A DNA stretch of 64,000 nt from Myxococcota bacterium (GCA_050331295.1 JBHJGZ010000009.1:279950-343949); one strand, 5' to 3'; positions 41,639 through 52,041 are shown, counted from the first letter of the stretch. Notes: a model not told the origin generated them from the sequence alone. Translations and numbers: made by a program.

Positions 41639-44600
41639 ATGATGAGACTGTCCATGCCCCTGCTCCCGCGAATGTGGCCCGCTTTCTTCGTGGTCCTTTG
41701 GGCCGCCGTGGTCCAGGTGCAATGTGATGTCCCTCGAGCTGACGACATCGACCGAGTCCAGCCAGGTTTCGTGTCCAAAGCCATCTTTCAAACCGGAGAC
41801 GCCTGGCACTACCGAAGGACCATCGCCGATGCGACCACCACGAACTCGTGGATCATCCGAGGTTCGGGGGACATTCAGATCGACCGCATCGTCTTTGAGA
41901 TCCAAGAGTCTCTTCTCCTCGCGCGAAAGCCGTACAACGCGATCCCTGGAGCCGGCCTTGACGCCCTGCCAGGTGCTCTCGAGTTCAATGGCCCAGTGCT
42001 CGCTGCTTGGCCCATCGACTCTCATTTCGATATCATTCGCAACTACGACGAGCTCACCGGACGCGAGACCAACGAGATCGTCGAGAATACGGCCGACCGA
42101 CCATGGTACGAGCGGCAGTACATGCGCGTCGATTTCTCGACCAACCTGGTCGAGGATAGCTTCCTCGGTGCTTACTCTCAATATTGGACTCCGGTGCAGT
42201 TCGCGAGCACGGGAAGTTTCTGGCAACACATCACCGAGAATCCCACCAACCCATTCGCGAGCCGCTTCTCCGAAGATTACATCGAGATAACCGACAACGT
42301 CCTCCTGTCCATGGACGTGTTCGCGTGTAGTGCCTTCTTTGGGCAGTACCGAGGCCTCTCGGGTGAGACGTGTGGCTTTGGCGAGGCAAAGGTTCGCCAC
42401 AGCTTCCGGCGGGTTCGGCAACCCAACGACTTCGAACCTCGATTCCTGCCCGATTCCGTCGTGGTTCGAGACGAAAATGGAGAACCCGTTCAGGACCCCG
42501 ATACGAATGAGGTCGTAAGGGAGTCGCTGGATGACCGATTTGGAATCTTCCGAAACCGCACGCCCACCTACGACCGGGGTTATGGGTTCACTGAAGACGG
42601 GCGTTTGTTCCGGGCCCAGATATTCGATATCTGGGAGGAAAGTGTCGATGACGCCGGAGCAGCTCTTTCGTATGCCGACCGAGACGAAAAGCCTATCATC
42701 TACTATTTGAATGCAGAGTATCCGGAGCGCTATCGCGACGTCGCCCGCGAGGTCGCCGAAGAATACAATCGTGTCTTCAAGAACATGGTCGCGAATCTCA
42801 AAGGTGTATCACCCGCAGAGGTTCGAGACATGTTCGAGATCCGCGACAATCATTGCCGCGAAGACAGGATCATCGAGACGGTCCTTTCGAGACCAGAGCT
42901 ATTGCGAGCGATTGAAAGAGCGGTATGCAGCCAGGATGACGACGGATGCGCCTTTACGGCGGATGACCCTGCGGCGCTGCGTTCGGAGCTCGAGGATCAA
43001 ATCGGCATCGGGAATCTCGAGGTTGTCTGCACATCTCTCGAAGAAGCAACCATGGATCCCGAGACCGGGATCTCGGGTTTCGAATGGCAGAGGATCGGGG
43101 ACCTCCGCCATAACATGGTGGTCTGGCTCAGCGAACCACAGCCGGCTGGCTGGTTGGGATTTGGTCCGGCCCACAGCGATGCGCTGACGGGCGAAGTCAT
43201 CTCTGCAACCGCCTATATTCAGGGTGCGCCTCTCGAAGTCGATGCGGCCGAAGTCGCGGACTACATATGTTTCATGAATGACGAGCCGGGCTGTGGTGTG
43301 GCGGACATCATTTATGGCCGGGACATTCGAAGACAGATCGGTCGAGTCGAGCGACGAGTGATCGAAATGGCGACTCAGCGACCCGGAAAGAGCGCAGTCT
43401 CCGAGCTGGCGCGCCGTCTCAACGGTGGCGTCGGACCGGGCCATTCGACAACACGGCTACCGACTGCTCCGACTGCTGACGCAACGACGCTGCGTCTTCA
43501 GCGCCTCGCGGGCCACCCACTGGAACAACGCTTCATCACCGACGAGTTCAAGATCGCGCTTTCAAATGGCACATGGCTTCCGGGACGGCCCGAGCCTCCG
43601 TGGCTCCAAGACCTGGCTCACCTCGGTGATGCGTGGGAGGCCATGAATCCGTACTCGCGAACGCGAACGCAGCAACGACAGGTACTGAACGCGGGAGGCT
43701 TTTGCTTTTTGGAGGCAGACTTCGACCCCCATTTTGCAGGTCTTGCGCTGGACCTTCGAGACCTCTCTCGCGAGGAACGCTTTGCCGTCATCGCCGGACG
43801 ATTGGCCAAGTACATCATGCTTCACGAGATCGGTCACAATCTCGGTTTATCTCACAATTTTCAGGGCACCTACGATGCTCTCAACTATGACGCAAATTTC
43901 TGGATGAGTCTCGACCAGGCCCCCGAGCAACAAATCGAGAATAGCCTCGATGAATATCGGCACACCACGGTCATGGAGTACATGTCGAGTAAGGGACTGT
44001 TCGCGGATTTTTTGGGCTCCTACGACGAGGCCGCGATTCGATTTGCCTACGCAAACCAGGTTCAAGTTTTCACCAGTGAGAATTTCCGAACCGAAGGTGG
44101 TGACGCCCTCGAAGGGTGGACGCTTTACAACGACTACCGAAAGATTCCCGACCATCTCTGCGGCGGTTCCTGTGCAACACCTGCCGCACGCACGGAGGTG
44201 CTCACGAGCCGAGACTGGGTCACTTTCGATCCCGCAGATCCTCCGCCGAACGAAGTCCCATACATGTTCTGCGACAGTCTCTTTGATCGAAGGACGCCTT
44301 TCTGCGCGACGTTCGACTACGGCTCGAGCCTGAGTGAGATACAGGCAAATTACTACAATATGTGGAAGCTCTATTTCCCCTTCAACAACTTTTCGCGAGG
44401 GCGGCTTTCGCCGCTGGGCTGGAACATCTCGAGTGCGTTTCGTCCCATGAGCCTGATGTGGAACTTCATGGATGTGACAAGCCAGTATTATCAGATTCTT
44501 CAGTCAACGGACCCAGCCTTCGAAGGTACGGATCTGCAGGCTGATATGGTGGGAACTTTGTTGAACTCGATGAACATCATGACCGAAGTTCTGACGATTC

Positions 44601-45586
44601 CGGCGCCGGGACGTTACTGCCCCAATCTGCCCGGGGACGGCACGTCCATTGGTCAGGAAATCGATCGACCCGTGTATCTACCTGGGATCACGAACGGCTG
44701 CGACCCCGAAGTCGATATCGCCTCGCTTCGGTCTCGAAGCGCAATCGACTTGGCGATGGGTGACGGCCGACCGGAATTCCTCGATTTCACAAACGAGTTC
44801 GAAGAACAGCAGATTTGGTACATCGGTTCTGCATTCGATAAGCTAGACGCTTTGATTTTGTGGGGATGGACGATTCCTCGACAGTACCGATTCAATTACG
44901 ATCTCGATGAACGAAATTTTTATCTCAGTACCTATCGCTTGTTCGAGCCCGAGATGCGTGAGTTTTACGGCCAGCTGTTGGACCTCGACTTCCTCATTTC
45001 CATCGATTTCGCCCTCGAGCTCGGATCGTTTTGGTGTCGTAATCCAGAACATCCGATACATGCGGACCTCGGCTATTTGGAGGCTCGCCGCATGTTCGAA
45101 GTTTCCGCTGAGTCCTTCGAATCGTTTCCGGAGAGTTCCGACGACTGCCTCGACCCGGGTGTCATTTATCCTTCCTACTTCATCAACCTGACTGACCAGG
45201 CACTCTTGGTGGCCCACGCTGTACTGTCTTCGGATCTGGACCAAAGACTGGACCTCGGCAAGAACCTCAAGATCTGGGGTGTAGGAGCCTACGACGAGCC
45301 GAGCTCACTCTCTGATGAGAGCGTTCCTTTGTGCACTGAGTTGGCGGCCCGAGATGTCGACTGTTTGTGTTCCTACACGGATCCGCTCACCGGTGTCGAG
45401 TACCGAGGTTTGAATTTGAGCTTTGAAGGTCGTTCGAGTCTGGCTTGCAACCTGATCGCATTGGCCGAGAATCGCGGGTCTCGCTACGCGGACGACCCAG
45501 ATTTTTCGAGCTTCGACATCTGGAGGATCGCGGTGGAAAGGCTCGAAGCGAACCGTACCCTATACCGGATCTTTCAGGACCGATGA
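41639..45586 (+). CDS. giant secreted/lipoprotein zinc metalloprotease (metzincin HExxHxxGxxH), paralog A
   Basis: 1315 aa. Signal peptide ending VQVQC. HEIGHNLGLSHNFQGTYD at nt 43823-43855 onward. Met-turn-like HTTVMEY. Shares DRPWYERQYMRVDFS with paralog B. Confidence 0.8.
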   Translation: MMRLSMPLLPRMWPAFFVVLWAAVVQVQCDVPRADDIDRVQPGFVSKAIFQTGDAWHYRRTIADATTTNSWIIRGSGDIQIDRIVFEIQESLLLARKPYNAIPGAGLDALPGALEFNGPVLAAWPIDSHFDIIRNYDELTGRETNEIVENTADRPWYERQYMRVDFSTNLVEDSFLGAYSQYWTPVQFASTGSFWQHITENPTNPFASRFSEDYIEITDNVLLSMDVFACSAFFGQYRGLSGETCGFGEAKVRHSFRRVRQPNDFEPRFLPDSVVVRDENGEPVQDPDTNEVVRESLDDRFGIFRNRTPTYDRGYGFTEDGRLFRAQIFDIWEESVDDAGAALSYADRDEKPIIYYLNAEYPERYRDVAREVAEEYNRVFKNMVANLKGVSPAEVRDMFEIRDNHCREDRIIETVLSRPELLRAIERAVCSQDDDGCAFTADDPAALRSELEDQIGIGNLEVVCTSLEEATMDPETGISGFEWQRIGDLRHNMVVWLSEPQPAGWLGFGPAHSDALTGEVISATAYIQGAPLEVDAAEVADYICFMNDEPGCGVADIIYGRDIRRQIGRVERRVIEMATQRPGKSAVSELARRLNGGVGPGHSTTRLPTAPTADATTLRLQRLAGHPLEQRFITDEFKIALSNGTWLPGRPEPPWLQDLAHLGDAWEAMNPYSRTRTQQRQVLNAGGFCFLEADFDPHFAGLALDLRDLSREERFAVIAGRLAKYIMLHEIGHNLGLSHNFQGTYDALNYDANFWMSLDQAPEQQIENSLDEYRHTTVMEYMSSKGLFADFLGSYDEAAIRFAYANQVQVFTSENFRTEGGDALEGWTLYNDYRKIPDHLCGGSCATPAARTEVLTSRDWVTFDPADPPPNEVPYMFCDSLFDRRTPFCATFDYGSSLSEIQANYYNMWKLYFPFNNFSRGRLSPLGWNISSAFRPMSLMWNFMDVTSQYYQILQSTDPAFEGTDLQADMVGTLLNSMNIMTEVLTIPAPGRYCPNLPGDGTSIGQEIDRPVYLPGITNGCDPEVDIASLRSRSAIDLAMGDGRPEFLDFTNEFEEQQIWYIGSAFDKLDALILWGWTIPRQYRFNYDLDERNFYLSTYRLFEPEMREFYGQLLDLDFLISIDFALELGSFWCRNPEHPIHADLGYLEARRMFEVSAESFESFPESSDDCLDPGVIYPSYFINLTDQALLVAHAVLSSDLDQRLDLGKNLKIWGVGAYDEPSSLSDESVPLCTELAARDVDCLCSYTDPLTGVEYRGLNLSFEGRSSLACNLIALAENRGSRYADDPDFSSFDIWRIAVERLEANRTLYRIFQDR

Positions 45587-45602
45587 TGAGAGGAGCCGGG
45601 TG

Positions 45603-48600
45603 ATGAAACGACTGAGCGGGCTGCTGTGGATGCTGTGGGCGCTGGGGTGCTCCAGCGACGTGAGCACGATAGACCGGACCCAGCCGAATGCGCTCGACAA
45701 GACGGCTTTTGAGGGGATTTGGATGTATCGGCCGACCATCATCGAGGCCGATCCGGAGTCGCCAGTCTTCGAAGGCATCGCTGGAATGATGGACAAGGTC
45801 CGTTGGGAAATCACGGAGGACCTTCTCATCGGATACCGGAGTTATGAACTGATACCATACGCAGAAGGATTGACCGATGACGGCCGAGACTTCTTCGGTT
45901 CACCGGCAGTAGCCTTCGAAATCACCAGTCACTTCGATATCCAACGAGAATATAATCCAACTACTGGCGTAGAAACGAACGTGATCTCGGAAAATACAGA
46001 CGACAGACCTTGGTATGAGCGAAGGTATATGCGAGTAGATTGGTCCGTCAATGTAGTTGGCCAAGCGACGCCTACGTCATTTGGGTTTGGTTCGCTCAAC
46101 GGGATCCTCAGTGGCGTCGCGACGCAGTCGTACTTTGTCCAAGGTCAGCAGGAAACCAATCCCGACCGCCCGTACATAACTCGGGACTACATGGATATCA
46201 CAAACGTATATTCGATAGAGCCGTCTTTTAATTATTGTGTATATCAACTTTTGTTCAATTCGGTTCCGAGATGCGGGACGGCGAATGTGAAAGTCCGTCT
46301 TTCGTTTTTGAAGGTGGACCCTTCTGATGACTACGAGCCGCTGTATTATCCGGACACGTTTGAGTACCGCGATGAAGAAGGTAATCCGCTCGTGCTCGAC
46401 GCGCGAGACAACGAGTGTGATGCGAATGACGACCCAGCAAGAGCGGGCTGCTTCATTCGTGGCTATCGCTTTTTCTCAAAGTTCGGAAACTTCCGAATCA
46501 ACCGGGTAGCATTCGACCGTGAGAGGTTTCAGACGCGTTCTGGCCGCGTGTTCCTCGCGGGACGTTACGACCTCTGGGAAGAAAGCTTTGACGACGACGG
46601 TACGCTTCTCCCCTACGAGACGAGGCGGCCACGCCCGGTCATCTTCTACAACAGTCCGTCGATGCCGGAGGCTCTTCAAGAAGCATCGGTCAATTGGAGT
46701 CCTCCGTCGGAAGGCGAGTCGTCGTCCGACCCCATCGGAGCGTGGTGGTCGGAGCCATTCGATCAGGCGGTTGCCTTCCGAATGGGTTTTCGTGCTCCAA
46801 GCGGGAATCACGCTGACGTCGCGGGATTCCGGTCCGCGATGGTGCAGCGATTCGGAGGGAGCACCCAAGACTGGCAGATGTTTCAGATCCGTCGTAACGA
46901 CTGCAATGCGGAGAATGTCCTGCAGTACGCCGAGGCCAATGAGCTCATGGACGTGGTCGATCGTGTCGTGGGAGGACCAGAATCGATCCAGGTAGGCAAC
47001 ATCGAGAACCTGTGCGCGGCGATTCAGTACCAGGAACTTCAGAACGGAAAGACCCTCGACCCATTCATCGCTCGGCGCGACGGTCGTGAGCTCGCCTTCA
47101 CCTGGCAGCGTCACGGTGATCTGCGTTTCAACTACAGCAACTATGTACATCAGCTCTCGAACGGACCTTGGGGCGTGGCCCAGTTTGGTCAGGACCCCGA
47201 GACAGGCGAATTCGTGGCCAACACCGCCAATTACTTCGGTGATGCTGGGGACCGCATCGCGACAGCAGGCGTCGACACGATTCAGTGGCTCAACGGAGAC
47301 GTTTCGACCGAAGATATCGTGACGGGCAACACCACGAGGACGTTCTCTCAGCGGGTGGCCAGAGACTTCAGCATTCGACGGGACGTGAAAGCGGCGATGA
47401 CGAGGGATCTTTCATCGATACTGCAGAGCGGGGTGGTCGGCGAATTGCCTCCGAATGTAGGAGCGGGAGCTTCAGGCCTTTCGAGAGGAGCGAGTGACCG
47501 GGATCGATACGAAGCCATCTTCGCGGGGACGCCTCTGGAGCGCGAATTCCTGGTGTCGGAGGACCTGCTTCGGGTCTTTGCAGGGCCCCATCTGTATCAG
47601 CCCGAGGATGGCCCGCTCCCTGCTCCAGCTGCTGATTTGGGCTTGCCAGGTGTGTTGCCGGGTCGAGTGACCGACGACGCGCTCGAGCAGGCGTCTCCCA
47701 TGACGTGGCTCTTCGACTTTGAAAACGGGCCATACATGCAAGCGGTCACAGAGCTGGGTTCGGCAGCCATCGACATGGCGGAGTTCTTCGATCCGAACGT
47801 GAGTGGCCTGGCGCAAGAGTTCAAAGGTAGAGAGAGAGAGGAGATCTTCGACTATCTTCGAGTTCGGCTTTTCAAGACGATTCAGGCCCACGAGATAGGT
47901 CATGCGGTGGGACTCCGTCACAACTTTCAAGGTTCGATGGATCCATTAAATTATCGTCGGGAGTTTTGGGAGCAGTTTTATGAAGAGGGAACCGACGGAC
48001 GCCCGACCCCCGGGAGCGGGAGTCGGGCCGAGGAATACAAGTACTCCTCGGTCATGGACTATGGTTTCGATTTCTCTAGTAATGTCTCTCCAGGTCTCGG
48101 CAGCTATGACCAAGCCGCCGTTCGTTTTATTTATGGTCAGCTTGTCGATGTGTGGGATAACTCACAGATAGCCATACCGGATCCGAGACGCTACGGAAGT
48201 TACGCATTTCGATGCGGTGCCGTGGATGACGCCTACATCGATAGTGGTTTCGATCTCAGCTCTCTCCTTTTCTTGAGTGACCCTGCCGACATTCCCCGGA
48301 TTCTGAGTCAGAGCCCCGTCGATCTTCCGCAGTGTAGGGGTGAAGTACCAGGCTACAATTATGACCGGAGCGAGGAATGTGACACAGAGCTCGACGGCTT
48401 GTTTCGGAACGTTGCCGAGGCTGCCGACCAGAACGCAGCGGCGGTCGAACTCTCCAATTTTTGCTTCATTCAGACGAATCCGGACCGCGTGGATGTCGTC
48501 AACGCGGTCCAGAACATCGTTCCGAATACCGATCTGATCTACGGAGCGAGAGCCTTGGCTACCGTGGAGGACATGATCGAGCAGGCTCAATCCGCCTTTG

Positions 48601-50132
48601 AGTCGGAACCGGAGGTGGATGACCCAACGACGCCATTCGTCAGAGTCGATCGCGGGGCCGACGGAATGCCTTGTTTCATCGGCATCGAGAATCAGGATTG
48701 TATCGATGATGATGAAGATGGGGTTGAGGATGACAAGGGCTTCGACTGGTCTCAGTGGAGGCATGAGATTCCCTATGGGTACTGTTCGGATCTCTTCGCG
48801 AACTATACGAATCCATTCTGTCAAAGATGGGATGCGGGCTGGGATTTCAGAGAGTCTGTAGAGAATGCCATCATTCGTTATGACCGAGACTACATATGGC
48901 GCTCGTTTCAACGGGACAGAAGTAATTTTGGCAGCCCGAACTCGCTGGTCAACCAACTGATTAATCGTCGATTCAAGGTCATGTCCGATGTCTATAGATA
49001 TTTTTTATTTACCAGGAGCTCGGATGTGGACTTTGGTCGAGTGGCGGACTATCAGGATGCGGCGTATATAGGGTTGAATTTTTTGGAACGTGTGCTTCAA
49101 TCACCAGAGCCCGGCATCTACTGCCTTGGCGAAGATAATGTATATCGTCTTCGAGCTTCCAGCGCCGATGGCTCGTGCGACGAGCCGTATGAAGTAGGGC
49201 TCGGTTTCGGAGCGGGAGCGTTTCATGAGAACTCTTGGAACGACGAGTACTACTTCAATACCACGGTCCTCGGGTCGTTCTGGGACAAGCTCGTTGCAGC
49301 GTTCATGCTCACGAGGTCGACGGGTTCGTTCGCATTCGAGGTATCGGATCTCTTTGATCAGCGCGCCTTTTCCTATCCCTACCTCCGCACCTTCCAGGAC
49401 CCGATGCTCCAGAGGATGAATTCGATGATATCAGGCGATTTCGAAGGCTATCGCTCACGGGTTGTGCCGGTCGATCCGGACGAACCGAACGGTGAACGCA
49501 TGGTTCGGTACATGCCATTGTTCGACGAGGAATTCGATAACGGGCGACCCGATGGGCTATCCGGGACTTCGGTTCGAGGATGGATGCGAGACAACGACTT
49601 TCCGGAGATCGAACCGGCATGGTCGTATCAGCTTCGGCTTTGGTCGCTCGCTTTTTCGCTGACTGGTTGGGGGAACCTGGCTGATACGTCGCTCGAGTAC
49701 TACCGTCTTGCAAAGGTTTCAATCCCTGGGACACCCGATCACACCGAGTACAACGGAGTGGAGACGGTCCGCTTCGTGGATCCTGAGACCGGTATCGAGT
49801 ACGTGGCTCCACGGGTGGAGCCCTTTCTGCAGCGTGAAACGGTCGGTGTCTTTCGAGCATATTATGGGGATCGAAACGACCGCTTAAGGGGCGACTTCCG
49901 CGAGTGGAGCGTCGGAGCTGAACTCGTACAAACGGCGGACCGCTTCAAGGACGATGTCTATCTGCCGGCCTTGGAAGCGTGCGAAGAGTCGGCCCCCGAC
50001 GTCTCGCCGGAGCTGGCGACAACCGAGGAATGCACCTCATTTCAACGAGCCAGAGATGAACTCGCGGACCAGGTAGGTTTCCTGAACATGCTGCGCCGCT
50101 TTTCGGTCAGCGCCGAGCGCATCTATCGGTGA
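45603..50132 (+). CDS. giant lipoprotein zinc metalloprotease (metzincin HExxHxxGxxH), paralog B
   Basis: Track ORF from GTG 45600; ATG 45603 lies 7 nt after GAGAGGAG. MKRLSGLLWMLWALGC lipobox. HEIGHAVGLRHNFQGSMD at nt 47889-47921 onward. YSSVMDY. DRPWYERRYMRVDWS. Confidence 0.8.
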   Translation: MKRLSGLLWMLWALGCSSDVSTIDRTQPNALDKTAFEGIWMYRPTIIEADPESPVFEGIAGMMDKVRWEITEDLLIGYRSYELIPYAEGLTDDGRDFFGSPAVAFEITSHFDIQREYNPTTGVETNVISENTDDRPWYERRYMRVDWSVNVVGQATPTSFGFGSLNGILSGVATQSYFVQGQQETNPDRPYITRDYMDITNVYSIEPSFNYCVYQLLFNSVPRCGTANVKVRLSFLKVDPSDDYEPLYYPDTFEYRDEEGNPLVLDARDNECDANDDPARAGCFIRGYRFFSKFGNFRINRVAFDRERFQTRSGRVFLAGRYDLWEESFDDDGTLLPYETRRPRPVIFYNSPSMPEALQEASVNWSPPSEGESSSDPIGAWWSEPFDQAVAFRMGFRAPSGNHADVAGFRSAMVQRFGGSTQDWQMFQIRRNDCNAENVLQYAEANELMDVVDRVVGGPESIQVGNIENLCAAIQYQELQNGKTLDPFIARRDGRELAFTWQRHGDLRFNYSNYVHQLSNGPWGVAQFGQDPETGEFVANTANYFGDAGDRIATAGVDTIQWLNGDVSTEDIVTGNTTRTFSQRVARDFSIRRDVKAAMTRDLSSILQSGVVGELPPNVGAGASGLSRGASDRDRYEAIFAGTPLEREFLVSEDLLRVFAGPHLYQPEDGPLPAPAADLGLPGVLPGRVTDDALEQASPMTWLFDFENGPYMQAVTELGSAAIDMAEFFDPNVSGLAQEFKGREREEIFDYLRVRLFKTIQAHEIGHAVGLRHNFQGSMDPLNYRREFWEQFYEEGTDGRPTPGSGSRAEEYKYSSVMDYGFDFSSNVSPGLGSYDQAAVRFIYGQLVDVWDNSQIAIPDPRRYGSYAFRCGAVDDAYIDSGFDLSSLLFLSDPADIPRILSQSPVDLPQCRGEVPGYNYDRSEECDTELDGLFRNVAEAADQNAAAVELSNFCFIQTNPDRVDVVNAVQNIVPNTDLIYGARALATVEDMIEQAQSAFESEPEVDDPTTPFVRVDRGADGMPCFIGIENQDCIDDDEDGVEDDKGFDWSQWRHEIPYGYCSDLFANYTNPFCQRWDAGWDFRESVENAIIRYDRDYIWRSFQRDRSNFGSPNSLVNQLINRRFKVMSDVYRYFLFTRSSDVDFGRVADYQDAAYIGLNFLERVLQSPEPGIYCLGEDNVYRLRASSADGSCDEPYEVGLGFGAGAFHENSWNDEYYFNTTVLGSFWDKLVAAFMLTRSTGSFAFEVSDLFDQRAFSYPYLRTFQDPMLQRMNSMISGDFEGYRSRVVPVDPDEPNGERMVRYMPLFDEEFDNGRPDGLSGTSVRGWMRDNDFPEIEPAWSYQLRLWSLAFSLTGWGNLADTSLEYYRLAKVSIPGTPDHTEYNGVETVRFVDPETGIEYVAPRVEPFLQRETVGVFRAYYGDRNDRLRGDFREWSVGAELVQTADRFKDDVYLPALEACEESAPDVSPELATTEECTSFQRARDELADQVGFLNMLRRFSVSAERIYR

Positions 50133-50140
50133 GCCGCCCT

Positions 50141-51082
50141 TCATGGTGAGAGGTGAATCGTCGTCACCACCATGGTGAGGTAGGGGCCAAAATCCGCTCC
50201 ATTGGTTGGGAAGTCGAAGTCGCTGTCCAGTCGGCGCATCGTACCTCGGCGGTCCAGGTCTCGCATCGCTTTGGTGAGGACGGCTTCGATGTGGGCAGGA
50301 CCTGACGTCGGGTCGTGGGTGGCGAAGGCCAAATGTCCTCCCGGGCGAGTGACCCGCACCAGATGCTTCATGAGGACGTGGAGGTCATGCCGAAGGTGAA
50401 AGCGTTTTGAGCCCGAGGAGCCGGTGGCCGGCGGGTCGGCGATGACCGTTTGGTATCGAGCGTCGGGGACGCGCCGTAGAAATGTCATGACATCGTCCCG
50501 GAACCATCGATGCCGATCGGGGTCCTGCCCGGAAACCTGCATGTTCTGCCGAGCCCACCGGAGCGCTCGACGAGAAGCGTCGACGCTCGTGACCCGGCGG
50601 CTACCGGCCATGGCGGCCCGTACGGAAAGGCTTCCGGTATACGCGAAGAGGTTCAATGTTTCGCCGGTACCCGACGTTTCGCTCAACCAGTCCCTCAACG
50701 GCCGCAGATCCAAAAACAGACCGGTCTGAAAGCCTTCGTCGAGTCGCACGATGTATCGACTCGGTCCCTCACGGACGAGAACGTCGGGCTCCACGTCACC
50801 GAAGACGACCTTGCTGGCGGAACGTCGAGGGTCGACCGACCGGGTCTTCGCAATGAGAGCGCTTGGTCTGAATCGGTCCCGCAGAGCTCGATACCAGGTG
50901 TCTCGGAGCGGGTTTGGTGTCTCCTCCCGGAAGGTTACGACGAGGTTCGATCCGAATTGATCCACGCTTCCTCCGAAGGGCATCCCGTCCGCCACCCCGT
51001 GAAGAAGCCGGAAGCATTCGAGGTCGCGTCGTCGAGCCTCTTGCATTCGCCTTTCGACCGCCTGCGGATCGATTTGTGGCAT
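50141..51082 (-). CDS. class I SAM-dependent rRNA methyltransferase (RlmI/RlmK-like, PF10672-type)
   Basis: Track ORF 50141-51298. ATG 51082 avoids overlap with the divergent gene. QTGLFLDLRPLRDWL, LNLFAYTGSLSVRAA, VTSVDASRRAL, VIADPPA. Confidence 0.72.
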   Translation of the reverse strand: MPQIDPQAVERRMQEARRRDLECFRLLHGVADGMPFGGSVDQFGSNLVVTFREETPNPLRDTWYRALRDRFRPSALIAKTRSVDPRRSASKVVFGDVEPDVLVREGPSRYIVRLDEGFQTGLFLDLRPLRDWLSETSGTGETLNLFAYTGSLSVRAAMAGSRRVTSVDASRRALRWARQNMQVSGQDPDRHRWFRDDVMTFLRRVPDARYQTVIADPPATGSSGSKRFHLRHDLHVLMKHLVRVTRPGGHLAFATHDPTSGPAHIEAVLTKAMRDLDRRGTMRRLDSDFDFPTNGADFGPYLTMVVTTIHLSP

Positions 51083-51215
51083 GAGCGAAGGGTGCGTCGA
51101 GAAGAGCCATCGTAGCCAGTGCTTCGGCTCGAAACGCTCAGCCAAAGGGTCTCTAGGCCGGCTTCGAGCCGAAAGGTCGTTTGCGCCGTGCCCATTGTAC
51201 CGTAGTGTGAAGTCA

Positions 51216-52010
51216 ATGAGCGACGCAGCGCAGCTCGAGCGCGAAGCCCTCGACCTCATCCGGGAGGGTGACCTCGAGGGCGCCCGAGACGCGCTCACGA
51301 TGTTGCTTCAGAAGCGGCCCGATGACCGAAAACTGCGCCAACGTATCGCCCAGATCGATGCCCACTTGGCCAAACGCGGAGAGGTCGAACGGAAGGTGAG
51401 GGATGAGCCGGAGCGGTTCGCCAAAGCCTACATCATGGCCGGGCGATGGGGCGAAGCACTGCAGCTTCTTCGGCAGGCCATGACTCTTGACCCCAAAAAC
51501 GAGCGCCTCCGAGACCTCGCCCTGTCCTTGGCGCGTCGCATTCGGGCGCAGCAGGCGTCGTCGACCGACAGCCAACCAGAGCGGGCGGCCGCACCGCTGA
51601 CACCGAGTGCTTCATCGAAGAGCCGGGCAGCGTCACGTCGTGGAACGTCTGGGCTGCCACCGTCGGCGGCGGGTCCGGACGCGGAGCCGAGCGCGGGTCC
51701 CCAACCGGCCCGCCCTGAGGCATCACCGAGCGGCCACCGAAACCGTCCCGCCCCTACAGAGCATCCCTCGCGCAGCCTCGGTTCGCCCGAGGCTCCAGCC
51801 CGAATCCATCGACCGGCAGACTCCGTTTCGGACTCGAACCTTCGGAGCGGGCCTGGGTCGGAAAGCCGCCCGGCCGACGTTTCCACCAGAGCACCATCGA
51901 GGGCGCGCATCATCGAAATGTCGGTTCGCGTTCCGCCCGCCGAGCGTCGTCGGCGTCGGCTCGAAGGGCTGCTCTGCCGGATACGCGAGCGGAGGCGAGA
52001 CTCGGCTTGA
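51216..52010 (+). CDS. hypothetical protein: TPR-like N-terminus, Pro/Ser/Ala-rich centre, Arg-rich C-terminus
   Basis: Track ORF 51081-52010; ATG 51216 (MSDAAQLEREALDLIREGDLEGARDALTMLLQKRPDD). Helical-repeat N-terminus, then low complexity. Confidence 0.5.
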   Translation: MSDAAQLEREALDLIREGDLEGARDALTMLLQKRPDDRKLRQRIAQIDAHLAKRGEVERKVRDEPERFAKAYIMAGRWGEALQLLRQAMTLDPKNERLRDLALSLARRIRAQQASSTDSQPERAAAPLTPSASSKSRAASRRGTSGLPPSAAGPDAEPSAGPQPARPEASPSGHRNRPAPTEHPSRSLGSPEAPARIHRPADSVSDSNLRSGPGSESRPADVSTRAPSRARIIEMSVRVPPAERRRRRLEGLLCRIRERRRDSA

Positions 52011-52041
52011 GGCTCGCTCCTCGACTCGGTAGGACCGAACC

